The notes below the pieces were generated by a model, which was not told where the DNA came from, did no database searches, and saw only the letters and a list, made by a program, of their open reading frames with translations. DNA of 64,000 nt from Octopus sinensis. Taxonomy: Eukaryota. The stretch covers positions 159,836,001 through 159,900,000 of the forward strand of contig NC_043000.1 in assembly GCF_006345805.1 (NCBI RefSeq), read 5' to 3'. The position numbers and the translations under genes are program-made. Below, piece by piece: positions 25,920 through 39,696 of the stretch (position 1 is its first letter; every line of letters begins with the position of its first letter).

Positions 25920-26773
25920 TATTTATATATAAAAGAAAGGTTGTGTGTCTGTCTACTCCGATTTAGATTTCTAACTACTCCCACATTTTGCGATGCAGTT
26001 TAACCAAAACCGGGTATCTTATATTCGTGATTCATATCAAGCCCTTCTGGGTATTAGCGCGCGTCTACGATGAGTCTATGATTTTACAAATAATTTACCA
26101 TCATTTTTTTTCCATTTTAATGCATATTTTTTTAAATAAAGGGAAGTAACTCTCAAACTTCACACCAATATGCGTGCTCATATGCGACGTAATATCACAT
26201 CAGCAGCATTTCCTCACACCCTCCTTGCACTTGGCGAAGGCAAAATACCAGGGGATGAAAATGGTAATATTGCCATCGATTCCATTTGTACCATTGTTAA
26301 GATGCCTTCTGATCTCAGAGATGCAGTGTTCCCAGATCTACAAGCTAATTATCAGAATATGGATTGGATTGGCAAAAAGGCTATACTGGCCCCGAGGAAT
26401 AAAACTGTTCACCATATTAATGATGAAATGCTAAAACTCATTCCTGGGGAAGTCTATGTATATCAGTCTATCGATTCAACTCCTGACCCAGAGGACGTCA
26501 TCAAATATCCAATAGAGGTACTCAATTCCTTTGAGCACCCCGGACTACCACCACACTTTCTCAAACTTAAAGTTGGTGCCCCTATAATGTTCATCAGAAA
26601 TTTGGTTCCCCCAAAACAATGCAATGGCACACGTTTGATCGTTAAGTCCTTATCTCCCACCGTAAACTTATATCAATATTTGCCTGAATAATCATCATAA
26701 TTCAGTGCAATCATTAACAGTACTTTCAAGCAATTCAGCCCCGAGCCCCGAGCAACGCCGGGCAATTCTGCTA

Positions 26774-26774
<1 letters not shown>
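25920..26774 (+). mobile_element. Helitron deletion derivative with a family 1 5' end and a RepHel helicase fragment
   Basis: Family 1 5' sequence, hairpin CCCGAGCAACGCCGGG, and CTAG|T at 26771-26775. Confidence 0.92.
26170..26691 (+). pseudogene. PIF1-like helicase fragment from a Helitron RepHel ORF (173 aa, open)
   Basis: Motifs (LHT)NMR, KAILAPRN and PIEVLNSFEHPGLPPHFLKLKVGAPIMFIRNLVPPKQCNGTRLIV are typical of Helitron PIF1 domains. Truncated at both ends. Confidence 0.92.
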
Positions 26775-26829
<55 letters not shown>

Positions 26830-26856
26830 CATATATATACATTTACACACACACAA

Positions 26857-26896
<40 letters not shown>

Positions 26897-27149
26897 CATA
26901 AGTAAAATACAAGTAAAAACATCAATTCCTCGAACATCATTGCTAACTGGCGGCCGAGCGAAATAAGCCGGTCTTCGTGTAAAGAATATTCAGGACAAGG
27001 AATATGGGATTCCGAGAAATGGAATTTTGCAGTCAGAAACTTTATCATTGTATAGCATTTAATTACTCTAATAAACCTACTGATTTCTCTGTTACTATTT
27101 TTGTACTACTTACAATGTTCGTAATAAAACTTCTAAATATATTTCTACC

Positions 27150-29030
27150 TAAGTAGATCTCCATAGGTATTGAAATTCAGAGAAACATGGAAGGCACTTT
27201 AAACAGCATTACCTTCAAGTACTCAATGAAAAATTATTTATAATAATATTAAAAATATCAATAACATTTTCATTATATATCCCAATACAACGAAACAAAA
27301 TCTACATCGATTGGTTGATCAGTAGTCAAGAAAAAGCTATCAAGAGAATACGCAAAAAAGTACACTTAGAATGATTAGAGGGTGCTGACTTGCAATCTCA
27401 CTAATAGCATTTTCGGGATGACAAATGAATTTTAAAATAGAATAATAATTTCTATTCTTGTTTTATCGTAAACTGAAATTATGCATTACGACCATAACAA
27501 ATTATAATAAATTCTAAACTTCCTTAACCAAGACAAAAGAAGTGTTCAGATTAAATACCCACATATGCTACAGTTTTAATGACAATATCAGAGAAATACA
27601 GAATGTCTAATACTAACACTCACGGTAACATTGACCATTAAATGAAAATAATTGCAATGCATCTTGCAGAAGGAAAGGAAAAATAGTGTTTAACTGAAAT
27701 ATTTATAAAGTTCTCTAAAGTCCACTCTGGTAACTTTGCCACAAGCTATAAGTGTCGATTAATAAATCTTGTTTGGAAAAGTTTGGAAAAGCTTGCAAAT
27801 ATATTCAAATTCTCATTATGATGCTATTGCAAATGTCACTAGAATGCAATCATGGAATAATAACAGTCCAATATTTGAATGATTCAGCAATATGTTTTTA
27901 AAATATATGCAAAATTGCCCAGTTTATTACAATTGAATTGTACATATCAATTTGCAAGGGCGTCCTCCCCATAGCTCTGCAATATGGAATGATATATTAC
28001 GATATCGCCAATAGTGATATCAACTCTATAACCAATCAAAGAAATCACTGCTTTTTTAAAGAGAAGTCTACTTGTAGATGGTGGATATAATATTGATAGA
28101 ATACAGAAAGATTCAATTAGTACTACCTGGATGCTGCCTTAGATATCAATATTTATAAATGCAAATCTTTCAGAAAACAAAAGCTGAAGCTATTTTACGT
28201 TAGAAAAATGTCACCCCAAATTATGTTTCAGAAAGTTTTCAGTTCTATGGGCAGAACGATTTGTTACACATCCTTAAGAAAGGTAATGCAGCACTGCAAA
28301 CCACAGCAAGCGCTTGAGAATAGTGAATTTAGAAAAGATAATTTTATCTTGAAATTTGAATCCCCCCATCTCAACGCCACCAGCTACTGCAATCAGAAAA
28401 CTATGATATCGTGTAGTTCTACACTCCATAGGATTCCGAAACATTTTCGCACAGAACGCAAGTACTGTTAACTGTTTTACCAGCAAAACTTAAAAGTTAA
28501 TAGATTTGTATGATGATTACAAGGTACATCATTGGACGTAATAGTTGCTGGAAACCAAATATGTATACTTCAGAAATGTTTCGCGAGAAAGTCATCCAAA
28601 TAATATTGTTAACGTATAGCAAATAAAATAAATGCAATTGTCATAATAAATTGTTATACTTTGGGCGAATTTTAGAAAGTAAGTCACTCAGCAGCGAAGC
28701 TATAGTGTTACTTTCAGAAAATATAAAGTTTTTAGATCATGGCTCTGATTGCATATGTTTACATTAAAGAACCGACATATAAATTGCAATCCTTTTAGAC
28801 ATGAAGACAAAAATAACAGTACAGCATTGTAATGTTTAACATGGTATTTGAAATATCCTATCTTTGACAACTTTTAAATCATCTCGTCTATATTAGATTT
28901 CAGTAAAAAGTAAACCAATTGTTAAAATTTGTTGAAAAATAATTTGCCTCCAATAGAACAGAAAATTTTCAATAGAAGATCGGAGTGAATTTCTAAGAGC
29001 TGTCATGAAAGCAAATTCCTTCAAAAGCGA
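27150..29030 (+). pseudogene. Second decayed Penelope-like retroelement
   Basis: Peptides SLKVHSGNFATSYKCRLINL (cf. TLKDHKENF..CRLINP), QSKKSLLF, LDINIYKCKSFRK and NRRSE-ISKSCHESKFL (cf. LNKRSELISKCRH). Confidence 0.75.
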
Positions 29031-29922
29031 TCAACCAGACAAAACTCGAATATCCGAAAAAACATAAGAACGCAGAAAGCAAACCGGAAGATAACCGGAG
29101 GTAAAGGACACGTGAGATTGCGCTGAGACGAGAAAGATACTCCTTTTCCTAATCAAATCGGTGTGCAGATAATTCAAGGAGAAGGGGGAACTGAGACCCT
29201 GGATAAAATGATATTCATTCTTCCAGGTGTATTGAGTTCTCTTTCACATTATTCATAAAGCAAAAAAAAAAAAAAACTCTTATACTTAATGCATGAAGAT
29301 GTGTGGGGGTGGGGGTTAGTGTGTGTGTGCCTCTGTGTGTGTGTGTGTGCGTGTGTGTGCGCGTGCGAGTGTATATAAATTCACTGTCACTTATAGTTGT
29401 GCGGTGGCTATATTACCACAACGACTAATATAAGGAGAATTTCTTAAAGGATAGCATGAAAAACTCAGTGACAGCTATTAAGTATTAATATGATTTCTTT
29501 GGAGAAAGAATGATACGGGAAACTGCAATATTTCTATATTTTCTCTTTGAGTGCTGACTCTAAAACAGCAGAATTGATTAGCAGGTACTTCACCATTCCA
29601 AGAAACTGAAATGCAAAGAAAACAGGACAGAATAAAATGAGGAGAGAATGAACAGAATCATCAAAATAGTAGAAAATTATCTTGGAAAACAGCCTAAAGA
29701 TATTTTCCTTCTCCTTTATTCTTTACGTCTCTAGTGACATATCGTACGCAGCGACCGCGATGGCTTCATGCACACGCGGAAATCGTGTGAGTGCGTGGCA
29801 GTGAACACACACACAGCCATAAGTATGCATACACATACGCTTCATGTCAGCATGCATGTGTATGCAGACATTTATATATTGCATTGTGATTATATATATA
29901 TATATGACTTACTAATTGTATA

Positions 29923-29958
<36 letters not shown>

Positions 29959-29993
29959 AAAAAAGGAGATGTCGAACACGAGTGGTGATATAT

Positions 29994-30207
29994 AAAAAAG
30001 GAAATGAAGAAAATGCTGACAAATAATTGAAGTAATTTAAGTAATTTAATTAGGTGAAAGTTCTTTTTACCGGTTGCGCATTTGTTATGCTTATCAAAAT
30101 ATTTTGATAAGCATAACAAATGCGCAACCGGTAAAAAGAACTTTCACCTAATTAAATTACTTAAATTACTTCAATTATTTGTCAGCATTTTCTTCATTTC
30201 CTTTTTT
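29994..30207. repeat. Perfect zero-spacer palindrome, 107-bp arms
   Basis: Centre TTATCAAAAT|ATTTTGATAA at 30100/30101. The ORF track gives the same 42-aa start on both strands. Confidence 0.97.
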
Positions 30208-30208
30208 T

Positions 30209-30254
<46 letters not shown>

Positions 30255-30283
30255 CATATATATACATATATATACATATATAT

Positions 30284-30330
<47 letters not shown>

Positions 30331-30661
30331 TATATTATATATACCCGTATATGCATATAGATAAATTGATGGAGGGAAATAGAACAGTAGTACTCTCCAA
30401 GATCATAGGTTGAGATAGGATTATTTTAGCTTATATTAAGCAGTTCTGCAATCACATGGGAATATCACGATATACAGAATATTCTTTGGGAACTTAGCTT
30501 TCAACTTGCGAAGATGGTGTTTCCCCTTTATGAAAGATATAATATCGCCAAGCTTGTATTTGTGTATTTTTATTTTTCGTTTTAGATTTTTGATCTTAAT
30601 TGTTTCGTTGCCTTATGATAAGGAGCAAGTAAAAAGTACCATAAATGAATAAACAAATAAA

Positions 30662-30702
30662 TAAATATATAAATAATAATGATAATAATAATGATAATGA
30701 TA

Positions 30703-30734
<32 letters not shown>

Positions 30735-30763
30735 GATAATGATAATGATGATAATAATAATAT

Positions 30764-30797
<34 letters not shown>

Positions 30798-30885
30798 GAT
30801 GATAATAATAATATTAATAATAATAATAATGATAATAATAATGATAATAATGATAATAATAATAATAAAAATAATAATGATAATA

Positions 30886-30917
<32 letters not shown>

Positions 30918-30968
30918 TATAATAATAATAATAATAATGATAATAATAATAATAATAATGATAATAAT

Positions 30969-31034
<66 letters not shown>

Positions 31035-31120
31035 AATAATAATGATAATAATGATAATAATATAATAATAATAATAATGATAATAATTATAATAATAATA
31101 ATAATAATAATGATAATAAC
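30662..31120. repeat. About 460-bp (AAT/GAT)n trinucleotide array
   Basis: Directly visible; gives poly-N and poly-I ORFs. Confidence 0.97.
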
Positions 31121-31380
31121 GTGTAGCTTCCAGAAACTGGTGACTCTTTGAAATCATCGATTTTTTTTCTTCTTGAATTAATACTGAAGATACAAGCAAA
31201 AAAATGAAAGCTTTGTTGATAAGCGCGCCAATGCTTACAAATTCGCACATATGTTATTCGCAACGGGATATGTATATATCTACATAATATCCAGGCACAC
31301 ACACGCAGATATGTTCATACATATATGTTTATCTTTCTGTAATGCATACATACATACACAAGTGTGTGCGTGTATATATA

Positions 31381-31419
<39 letters not shown>

Positions 31420-31429
31420 CAAGTATATG

Positions 31430-31497
<68 letters not shown>

Positions 31498-31629
31498 TGT
31501 GTGAATATAGTTATATATACATATCTATTAATGCCTGTCTCAATGTATGTGTGTATATGTATAAATATATAAATATATATATATATACATAATATATATA
31601 TATATTATATATATAATATATATATATAC

Positions 31630-31679
<50 letters not shown>

Positions 31680-31689
31680 ATATATATAT

Positions 31690-31733
<44 letters not shown>

Positions 31734-31991
31734 CATATATATACACCCGAATAAGAGTATGCGTGGTTTTATATTTTCATGTTTGGCATTGTTTATTTTG
31801 TTAAGCTCCACTTGGAATGGAAATAGAGTGGGAGGGGCAGAGATCGAGAACAAACAGATTTTGGGTGTGACAATATTATCTTGTAGACACAAATACACAT
31901 AAATGCGTAAAGCTTGCACGCGCACGCGAATGTGTGTGTACATGATATATACTTACGCATATATATATATATGTACATGAATTTTGTCGTA

Positions 31992-32047
<56 letters not shown>

Positions 32048-32148
32048 CATGTACATATAATTATATGAATTGAATATATCTGTGTGTGTGGCCCATTATC
32101 CATAAATCTATGTATATATAGAAATATATATACATGCATATTTATATG

Positions 32149-32180
<32 letters not shown>

Positions 32181-33414
32181 TGTATGTATGTATGTGTTTT
32201 CATTATATGGCAATTGTCATTCTAATAGATGTTATTACCGTTACTATTGCTGCGGACTGACAGACCAGATTTCATTGCATGCAGGTATCTTAACCGCGGC
32301 TGCGGAATCAATTTTACTTTCTCTTCCGTTTGTAGTTCAAATTAGTAGCTTAAATATACAGGTAGTTTTTGCTACTATTGTTTCAAGCTGTTTCATGCTA
32401 TATTATGCTATGAAGCAAATATTTAAAATGAAAGAGATTTAGTGCGGATATAAACATAAGTAAAACCAATACTACATAAGATGTGTTTATAAATCTAGTA
32501 TACGTCCAAACATAGGCATACATACATACATCTGCTTGTGTACACCTAAATTCATGCAAACATATACAAGCGGGCGCACACACATACACATAATGTCATT
32601 TCATTTTATGTATTTGATTTGAATTGTTTTTGATGTGAAATCTTATGATGTAACATATTTTGGGTGGGCCGTTTTCCCATAAAAATTTGCCACTTGTCAC
32701 TGGTTGGTTTTATTCCACTTGTTTTCCTTCTTAATACTGCTGTCAAATTTTTCACGAATTATCTGAGATTGCTTGTCTAATCGTTTGATTAATAAAATAA
32801 AGAATGAGTTTGTCAGATTCCTACATACGCACGCACACCCCCGCCTACTCACACATAAACACATATGTGTATGCATGCGTTGTGCCCTGGTGGCTCGCTC
32901 TTGTAATAATAAATTCTAGTTCAGTTTGTATTTCAAATCGAAGAGCAAGGAATGAGAGGCAAAGAATATACATAATTATTATTTCTTGTTCATTATAAAG
33001 AAATTGTAATAATAAATAACAGCATTTCATTCTTATTTGAAATCGTCAGCATGACATAATCGTCAGCAAATAAATTACATGAAATTAAACATTATATTAA
33101 GTGAGACAAATTACTGTTTAGAAAATAATTATAGTTTAGAAGACATTCATGGAATGTGTATTTATCCTTTTTTTTAAATGTTTTCTCAGTATTGAGTTGT
33201 TTGCGACTTCTTCCACATAGTGGTTCGCCAAAATAAAAAGCTAGAATAAGTATCAAACTTAAAAAGTACGTGCTAGGTTCGATTTGCTCGACGAAAACTT
33301 TCAAGTTGACGTAGCTTTACTGAAGCAAGTATAATATAATGTAATATAGTATAATATATAATATGATATATGATATGATATAACATAATGTAATATAATA
33401 TAATTTTATACACA

Positions 33415-33640
<226 letters not shown>

Positions 33641-34029
33641 AACACAAATAACATGTAAAACTTACGACAGAAGTTTCGCTAGAATTTCATTAATCTCATT
33701 AATATTTATTATTTACTAAGTCATAGAAGATTATATCATAATATATAACCACCATCAGGTAAAAGTTTGAACATGTGAGATTATAAATGGGTGAGAGTTT
33801 TATTATACATCGATCCCGGCAAACCCAGCTTTTGTTGGATTCGTGGCCCATTTAAATTTAATTTAAAATATATAGGACAATTAGATAGGAATTAAAACAG
33901 GCAAATACGAAACAGAGACATCATTGAACTGTACTATAAAACTTAGATATGTTTCGATCATAAATTGGTCCTGGCCATGTCTAACTTAATAGCACCACCT
34001 GATAGGATTATCTAAATCCTTTTTAAGTC

Positions 34030-34530
34030 AAGTTTTGTTTATGGTCCATTCAAGTAGTGAGTTCTTGTTGAGTGAGTTGTATCCAGGTATGGGTGGCTCA
34101 TCTGGTATTCCTTGAAGAAATTTGTCCATTTAAAGGTGATGGGATCCTTTTCCTCTTTGATCAGTTTTGGGACAATGTTAAACAGGGCAGGGCTTGTTGA
34201 GGAAAATAAACTATGTCGCAGTGTACCTATATGCAGTGATCTTGAAATGGGCAGGGGACATATGACCCGTGGTCCCAGCCTTGGATGAACCTTGAAACTA
34301 ACGTTCAGGTCATTTGGGCAATGCTGACGGTATATTCTCCACATCGTATAAATGATGTACCGCTCGCGGCGGCGCTGGGGACAGTAGAGTTTCAAGGCTT
34401 TAAGTAATCGAGATCAGTCATGCCTTCAATTGGTTTAGTGAGTGGCCTCTGGGGTGATTCAATCCTGGAGATGTTTTGTTTTGAATGGGGAGACCACAAG
34501 GGGCAGATATTTTATTCTTGATTTTTCTTT
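34030..34530 (-). pseudogene. CR1-group LINE, 3' ORF2 fragment
   Basis: LKLYCPQRRRERYIIYTMW..HPRLG..TLRHSLFSSTSPALFNIVP matches the SLQRRRERY..GPRLFN C-terminus of CR1-group elements. Confidence 0.8.
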
Positions 34531-34732
34531 ATTTTGAAAGAAAAATCTTTATCACTTTATACCTGTTATAAATTTTCTACATATCAGTTCTCCTAGATAT
34601 CAATTGTCCAAGTATGAGTTGTCTTGGTATCAATTGTCCTGGCACGCGCACATACACATAAAAATATTAACAGGCATGCACTCATACATACGCATGTAAA
34701 GAAACACACTTTTTTTTACATATAATATAGGT

Positions 34733-35180
34733 TGATGCAAAAAATATTGTGTTTATTGACTATCTTCAAAATGATCACACCATAAATGGAAAGTTCAATG
34801 CCACCTTACTAAGGCAGTTACGAAAGGTATGAAGACCAAGCGCTCTGAAAAGCTGATGAATGAGATCTTGTTTCATTAGGACAATGCTTCAGCACACAAG
34901 TCCTTTGGACTGGTTGATAACTCTCCATATGTTAGTGTTTTGGTTCCATCTGATTATCATTTGTTAAAAAAACAAAAAAAATCTGTGATGATGACGTATT
35001 ATCTGCTCCTGCTGACTATTTTGACCAACAGGATAGTTTCTTCACCAGCACGATCCAAACACTGCAACTACTGAAGGAAGCGTATGGACAGTAAGAGTAA
35101 CTGTTAAAAAATGAACTTCATTTGGTCATATTTCATGAGAATGTCTTCTTCAACCTATGAACATTTCAGCCGAACCTCAT
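34733..35180 (+). pseudogene. Mariner (DD34D) 3' remnant with right TIR
   Basis: Peptides DAKNIVFIDYLQ, LFH*DNASAHKS, VPSDYHL and DDDVLSAPADYFDQQD. TIR-like ATGAACATTTCAGCCGAACCTCA|TA. Confidence 0.8.
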
Positions 35181-36033
35181 AATAATAAAAGTAATCATTA
35201 TACATATATTTGTTTTAATGTTAACATTGAAAAAAATCCACATTTTTCGTAAAAACAATTTGGACCTGGTTTTGCACCCGCTGAGCAAATATTGTTCCCA
35301 GTGCACTGTTTGTTATACATTCACAGGTAGAGATATAAACACATACAAAGATATAGATTTAAGGTGAAGTCACTCGCGGAAAACATTGGGAATTCAAAGA
35401 TAAAAGATTCCCCAAAAGCTGGCGCATAATCAAAGATGTGTTGCCCTATTCTAACTATAGGTATGATTGTAGACTTTGCATAGAGTAATAGGAAATATTA
35501 AGATGCTCAGATAACGTCCAAAAATAAATCCACTCAACTTAGGGTAAAATGATCGCACTACATTTGAACCACATTTTTATATCTTAAACCTGTTATGTAA
35601 TATGCTTTGAATACTTGATACTTAATCACTTATATCTAAGTATTTATTCAAACTCTACCGTGTAACTTAGTTAAATAAAGTCGTCACACTTAAATATTGT
35701 TCATAGCTAGAAGTAATTTATACTTTATTGTTACCTTGAAATCCATACCTACTTATTGTAGGTCATCGACCTCCGGCAATTACCATACCTCAGCCTATCA
35801 CGTAACATGTTACATGGGGTCCTTTTTCCACCTAGGCACCTTGTTATATTACTATATTATAATGGCTATCAATATCTATGTTCAAGAAGTGAAATGTTTT
35901 ATAGTGCAGTGTATGACTGCCTAGTTCTTTTGTCATTATTTCCACACACGAGCCCGCACGCGCACACACATTCAATATTTATTTATAATGTTTATTTAGA
36001 CATTTATATATAAAAATAGGCGCAGGCGTGGCT

Positions 36034-37771
36034 CATTTCCGGTTTATGATTGTTCGGTTGCAACGTTGGATTTGTTTGGTACACATGTGTTTTTTCTTTG
36101 GTTTCCTGGTGGAGAGCCGTTTTTCCCCTTGTATAATGGAGGGGTGTCGAGCGAGAATATGGGAGAAGGTAAAGTATTCTTACCTAGAATGGGATTCATC
36201 TGAGGAGGAATTAGTTGAATACTTAAACAAGATGGACAAGGAAATGGAGAAGAGGAATTATGCAGTGGCGTCTAGACAAAAAATTGAAAAAATCAGTCTG
36301 GAAGAATTGAGTGAGTTAAAGGAAATACTTGAAAGGGAGGGGAACAATGTGAAGGGGCCGCCACCCCCCAAAAGTATTAAAGGACAAGGAAGAGAGGACG
36401 ATTGTCTATGGAACGTACGCTACACCAACAAGGGAAATTGAAGTAGTGTCGGAGGCACAGGTGGAAAAGGTACTGAGGTTCGTCTGGCAGGAGATACACC
36501 CTTCCAAGGGACGAAAATATGAAACGGTGGAGGTGCTGTTTAAGGAGATCGCAACTGCCAGACTGTACTTGGCCACAACGCTGAAGAGTGGGAGGCGGAC
36601 TTCCAGGGTTCGGGTGGAAGACATACCACCAAAAGTGAATGTAGCTCGGTTAGTGGCTGCCATACTACTGGGTATGGAGGAGAAGTTGGTGCTCCTGCAG
36701 GCCACCAGAACGCCCCTAAAGGAATTGGAAAGGAGAAACCCTTGAAGTGATGGTAAAGTTTGCGGAGGAGGACCAGGAAAAGATGATAGAAAACATCTTA
36801 GTGGTTGAAACTACTTTGAAAGTTAGAGTGGCGGGGAGAATTCTGCGATGTTATAAATGTGGCCGGAAGGGCCACAATAGAGCGGAGTGCCCTCCACCTC
36901 GGGAAAAGGCTGAGAAGAGTGAAAAAGTGGCAGATGCTCCACAGCCCGTGGAGGAAAAAGATTTTATACTACAGAGGAGGACAAGCACCAGCATTGAGGA
37001 AGAAGAGACAAACGACAGCTGGGACACAGCAAAGAAGAAGAAAAGGAAAAGAAGAGGACACATGTGGTAAAGAATGAGTCCCAAACCACACCCACACCCA
37101 CTCTACCCCGACCAATCCTTGCCGACACCAACCCGCCCCATGCTTAGTCTGACAAAAAAAAATCCAAATGCAAACACGCAGGAGCCTCAAATTTACCCAT
37201 CCCCGCTCTTGTAAAGAAAAATATGTATTGACGTACAATGGACAGGATAAAGAACTGGATAATGAGGTAAATTTGTGGGAAGAAGTAGTTAAGGTGGATA
37301 TAGCAGGTGTAAGGGTCTGCCCGGGGACTATTATTACGTGCTGACGGACCCGGAGAACATGTGGAAGTTGCATAAGTATATGGAATATTGTGACCTCGAG
37401 TGGTGGAAGAATAAAATTTACACCAGTAAAATGCCGGAAAGAATAAGGTACGCCGACATTTTAAAGAAATATAATATAGACATTTAAAAAAAAAGATATG
37501 GATTAACTGTTGTTAATGAACTGTTGCCGATGTTAAGCGTAAATAATTGTGTTCTAAAGTTGGTTGCAAATGGTATTTCAAATGTTGCCTCAAATTAGAC
37601 TTTGCAAAGGGGAATGTAAATGGTGTTGCTACAAGTTTAATGAACTCGCTCGGAGGTGAGGCCGAACGGATTCATTTCATCTTTCATTATATAAATTCAT
37701 CCCTTTCATTCGTTTTTCCCCACCATGGGCTGTCACCTCTGTGTAAGGATTTTATGGCCAATTTCATAAAA
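36034..37771 (+). mobile_element. Non-LTR retrotransposon derivative: 5' UTR, gag-like ORF1 and 3' end, ORF2 largely deleted
   Basis: Three consecutive ORF pieces (36028-36441, 36446-36745, 36747-37070) include a CCHC knuckle CYKCGRKGHNRAEC. Purine-rich coding strand. Ends in an A-run. Confidence 0.75.
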
Positions 37772-38125
37772 AAGCTTATTTCCCAACCACATAGTTCCAG
37801 GTTCTGTCCACTGCGTGGGACCTTTGGCAAAGTGTCTTCTAATATAGCATCGGGCCGACCAGAGCCTTATATATATATATATGTATATATATGTGTATGT
37901 ATATGTTTGCGTGTCTGTGTCTGCACCCCCACCATCGTTTGACAACCGATATTGGTGTGATTACGTGCCCTTAACTTACTGGTTCGGCAAAAGAGCGCGA
38001 TAGAATAAGTACTAGGCTTACAAAGAATAAGCCCTGGGGTGAATTTATTCGACTAAAAAGCGGTACTCCACCATGGTCACCGTCACATGTCTGAAACAAG
38101 CAAAAGAATAAAAGAAAAAGAATAA
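37772..38125 (+). mobile_element. SINE family A body; its first 15 nt lie at 36019-36033
   Basis: GGCGCAGGCGTGGCT at 36019, and AAGCTTATTTCCCAACCACATAGTTCC resumes at about 37772. Confidence 0.85.
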
Positions 38126-39157
38126 CTGTATCTTTATTTTATATTTTTACTTACATGTATACTTCTTATTCTTTCATCTCTGTCGTAAATATGTTCTATT
38201 CTCTCTACCTGTGTGTATATATGCAAAAGAAAATCTGGGTGTCTATATTCATAAGCATGTTTGAGATCTTACCTGTCTAAAATTTTATTTGTCGATGTAG
38301 TTTATATATTGAAATGTAATCTTCTATGAGTGCATTAATAAATTGTACCGAGATAGCTGTCCTAGATTTTAAACACAATTTGCAATTAATTTTTATACCT
38401 ATGTCACACCAGGGACAACACCAGAGTAGGATTTACTGCCTTTCATCAGATAGTTGTAATAGTGTACGCTAGTCTGTATTACCGCAACTGTGTCATGAAC
38501 AGTCATGCTAAACGCTGAGTAGCGGTTAGTGAAGAATTTTCTCGTTTCAATACAAAGTGCATATGCACTTGGGTATATACATATACACACATAATATATA
38601 TATATATAGTATAATGTACATAATATATATGATTTATTTATTTATGCGCCATTTTCAAGCCTAGTCAGAGAAGGTCGTACATTCTTCTGGTTTATAGCTG
38701 TAGTCTTCAATTGTGTTTCCTACGCTGTCTGAGGACTACGAAACTGAAGAAATTTCAAACTTCTTCAACATAAATTCCAGCAACTGTTGATTTTATTGTT
38801 GTTACTGCTGTAACTGCTGTTGCTGTTGCAACCGCACCATGGAAGTCAATAAGTTATCCATGTTAAGCGAATTTTTTTTTTTGGGGGGGGGGTTCGTACC
38901 AGAAAAAATTTTAAACGTCCAACGCAAGCTTCGAACAACGCCTCGTCACTTTTATATCCTTGCATTGAATATAAGATATCAGGAAGCAGGTGGTGGTGGG
39001 GTGAAGAAAGTATATAGGGGATGCACTACTATTACTATTACACGAGACCGGCATGGACTACTAATAGCTAACAGTTCATTATTATTTGATAACATTGAGT
39101 CAGCCCACTTTAGCCACTTGTGGGAGTGGTCAGAATCCTTCCACTACAATTTTAATA

Positions 39158-39332
39158 GGCGCAGGCGTAACTTTGTGGTTAGAAGCTTGCTTCCCAACCA
39201 CATGGTTCTGGATTCGGTCCCACTGCGTGGCACCTTACCAAGAGTCTGCTACTATATCTTCAGGCCAACCAGAGCTTTGTGAGTAGATTTGGCAGAGGAA
39301 AACTGAAAGGAGCCAGTCGTATGTATGTTTAC

Positions 39333-39393
<61 letters not shown>

Positions 39394-39640
39394 ATATATA
39401 TATGTATGTATTTATATATATATATATATATTCTTATACTTGTTTCAGTCATTTGACTGTGGCCATGCTGGAGCACCGCCTTTAGTCGAACAAATCGACC
39501 ACAGGACTTATCATTTATAAGCCTAGTACATGTTCTATCGGATTCTTTTGCCTAACCGCTAAGTTACGAGTACGTAAATACACCAACCTCGGTTGTCAAG
39601 CGATGGTGGGGGTACAAACACCGATAAAAATTCCCACCAC

Positions 39641-39696
<56 letters not shown>

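Noticed and set aside
33665-33715. Possible decayed hammerhead on the minus strand (TAATGAGATT..TAGCGAAAC)
   Set aside because: The core and stems need too many substitutions.
38725-38770. CTGAGGA-CTAC-GAAAC hammerhead-like string
   Set aside because: Only 4 nt between the core and GAAA, so no stem II can form, and there is no stem I.
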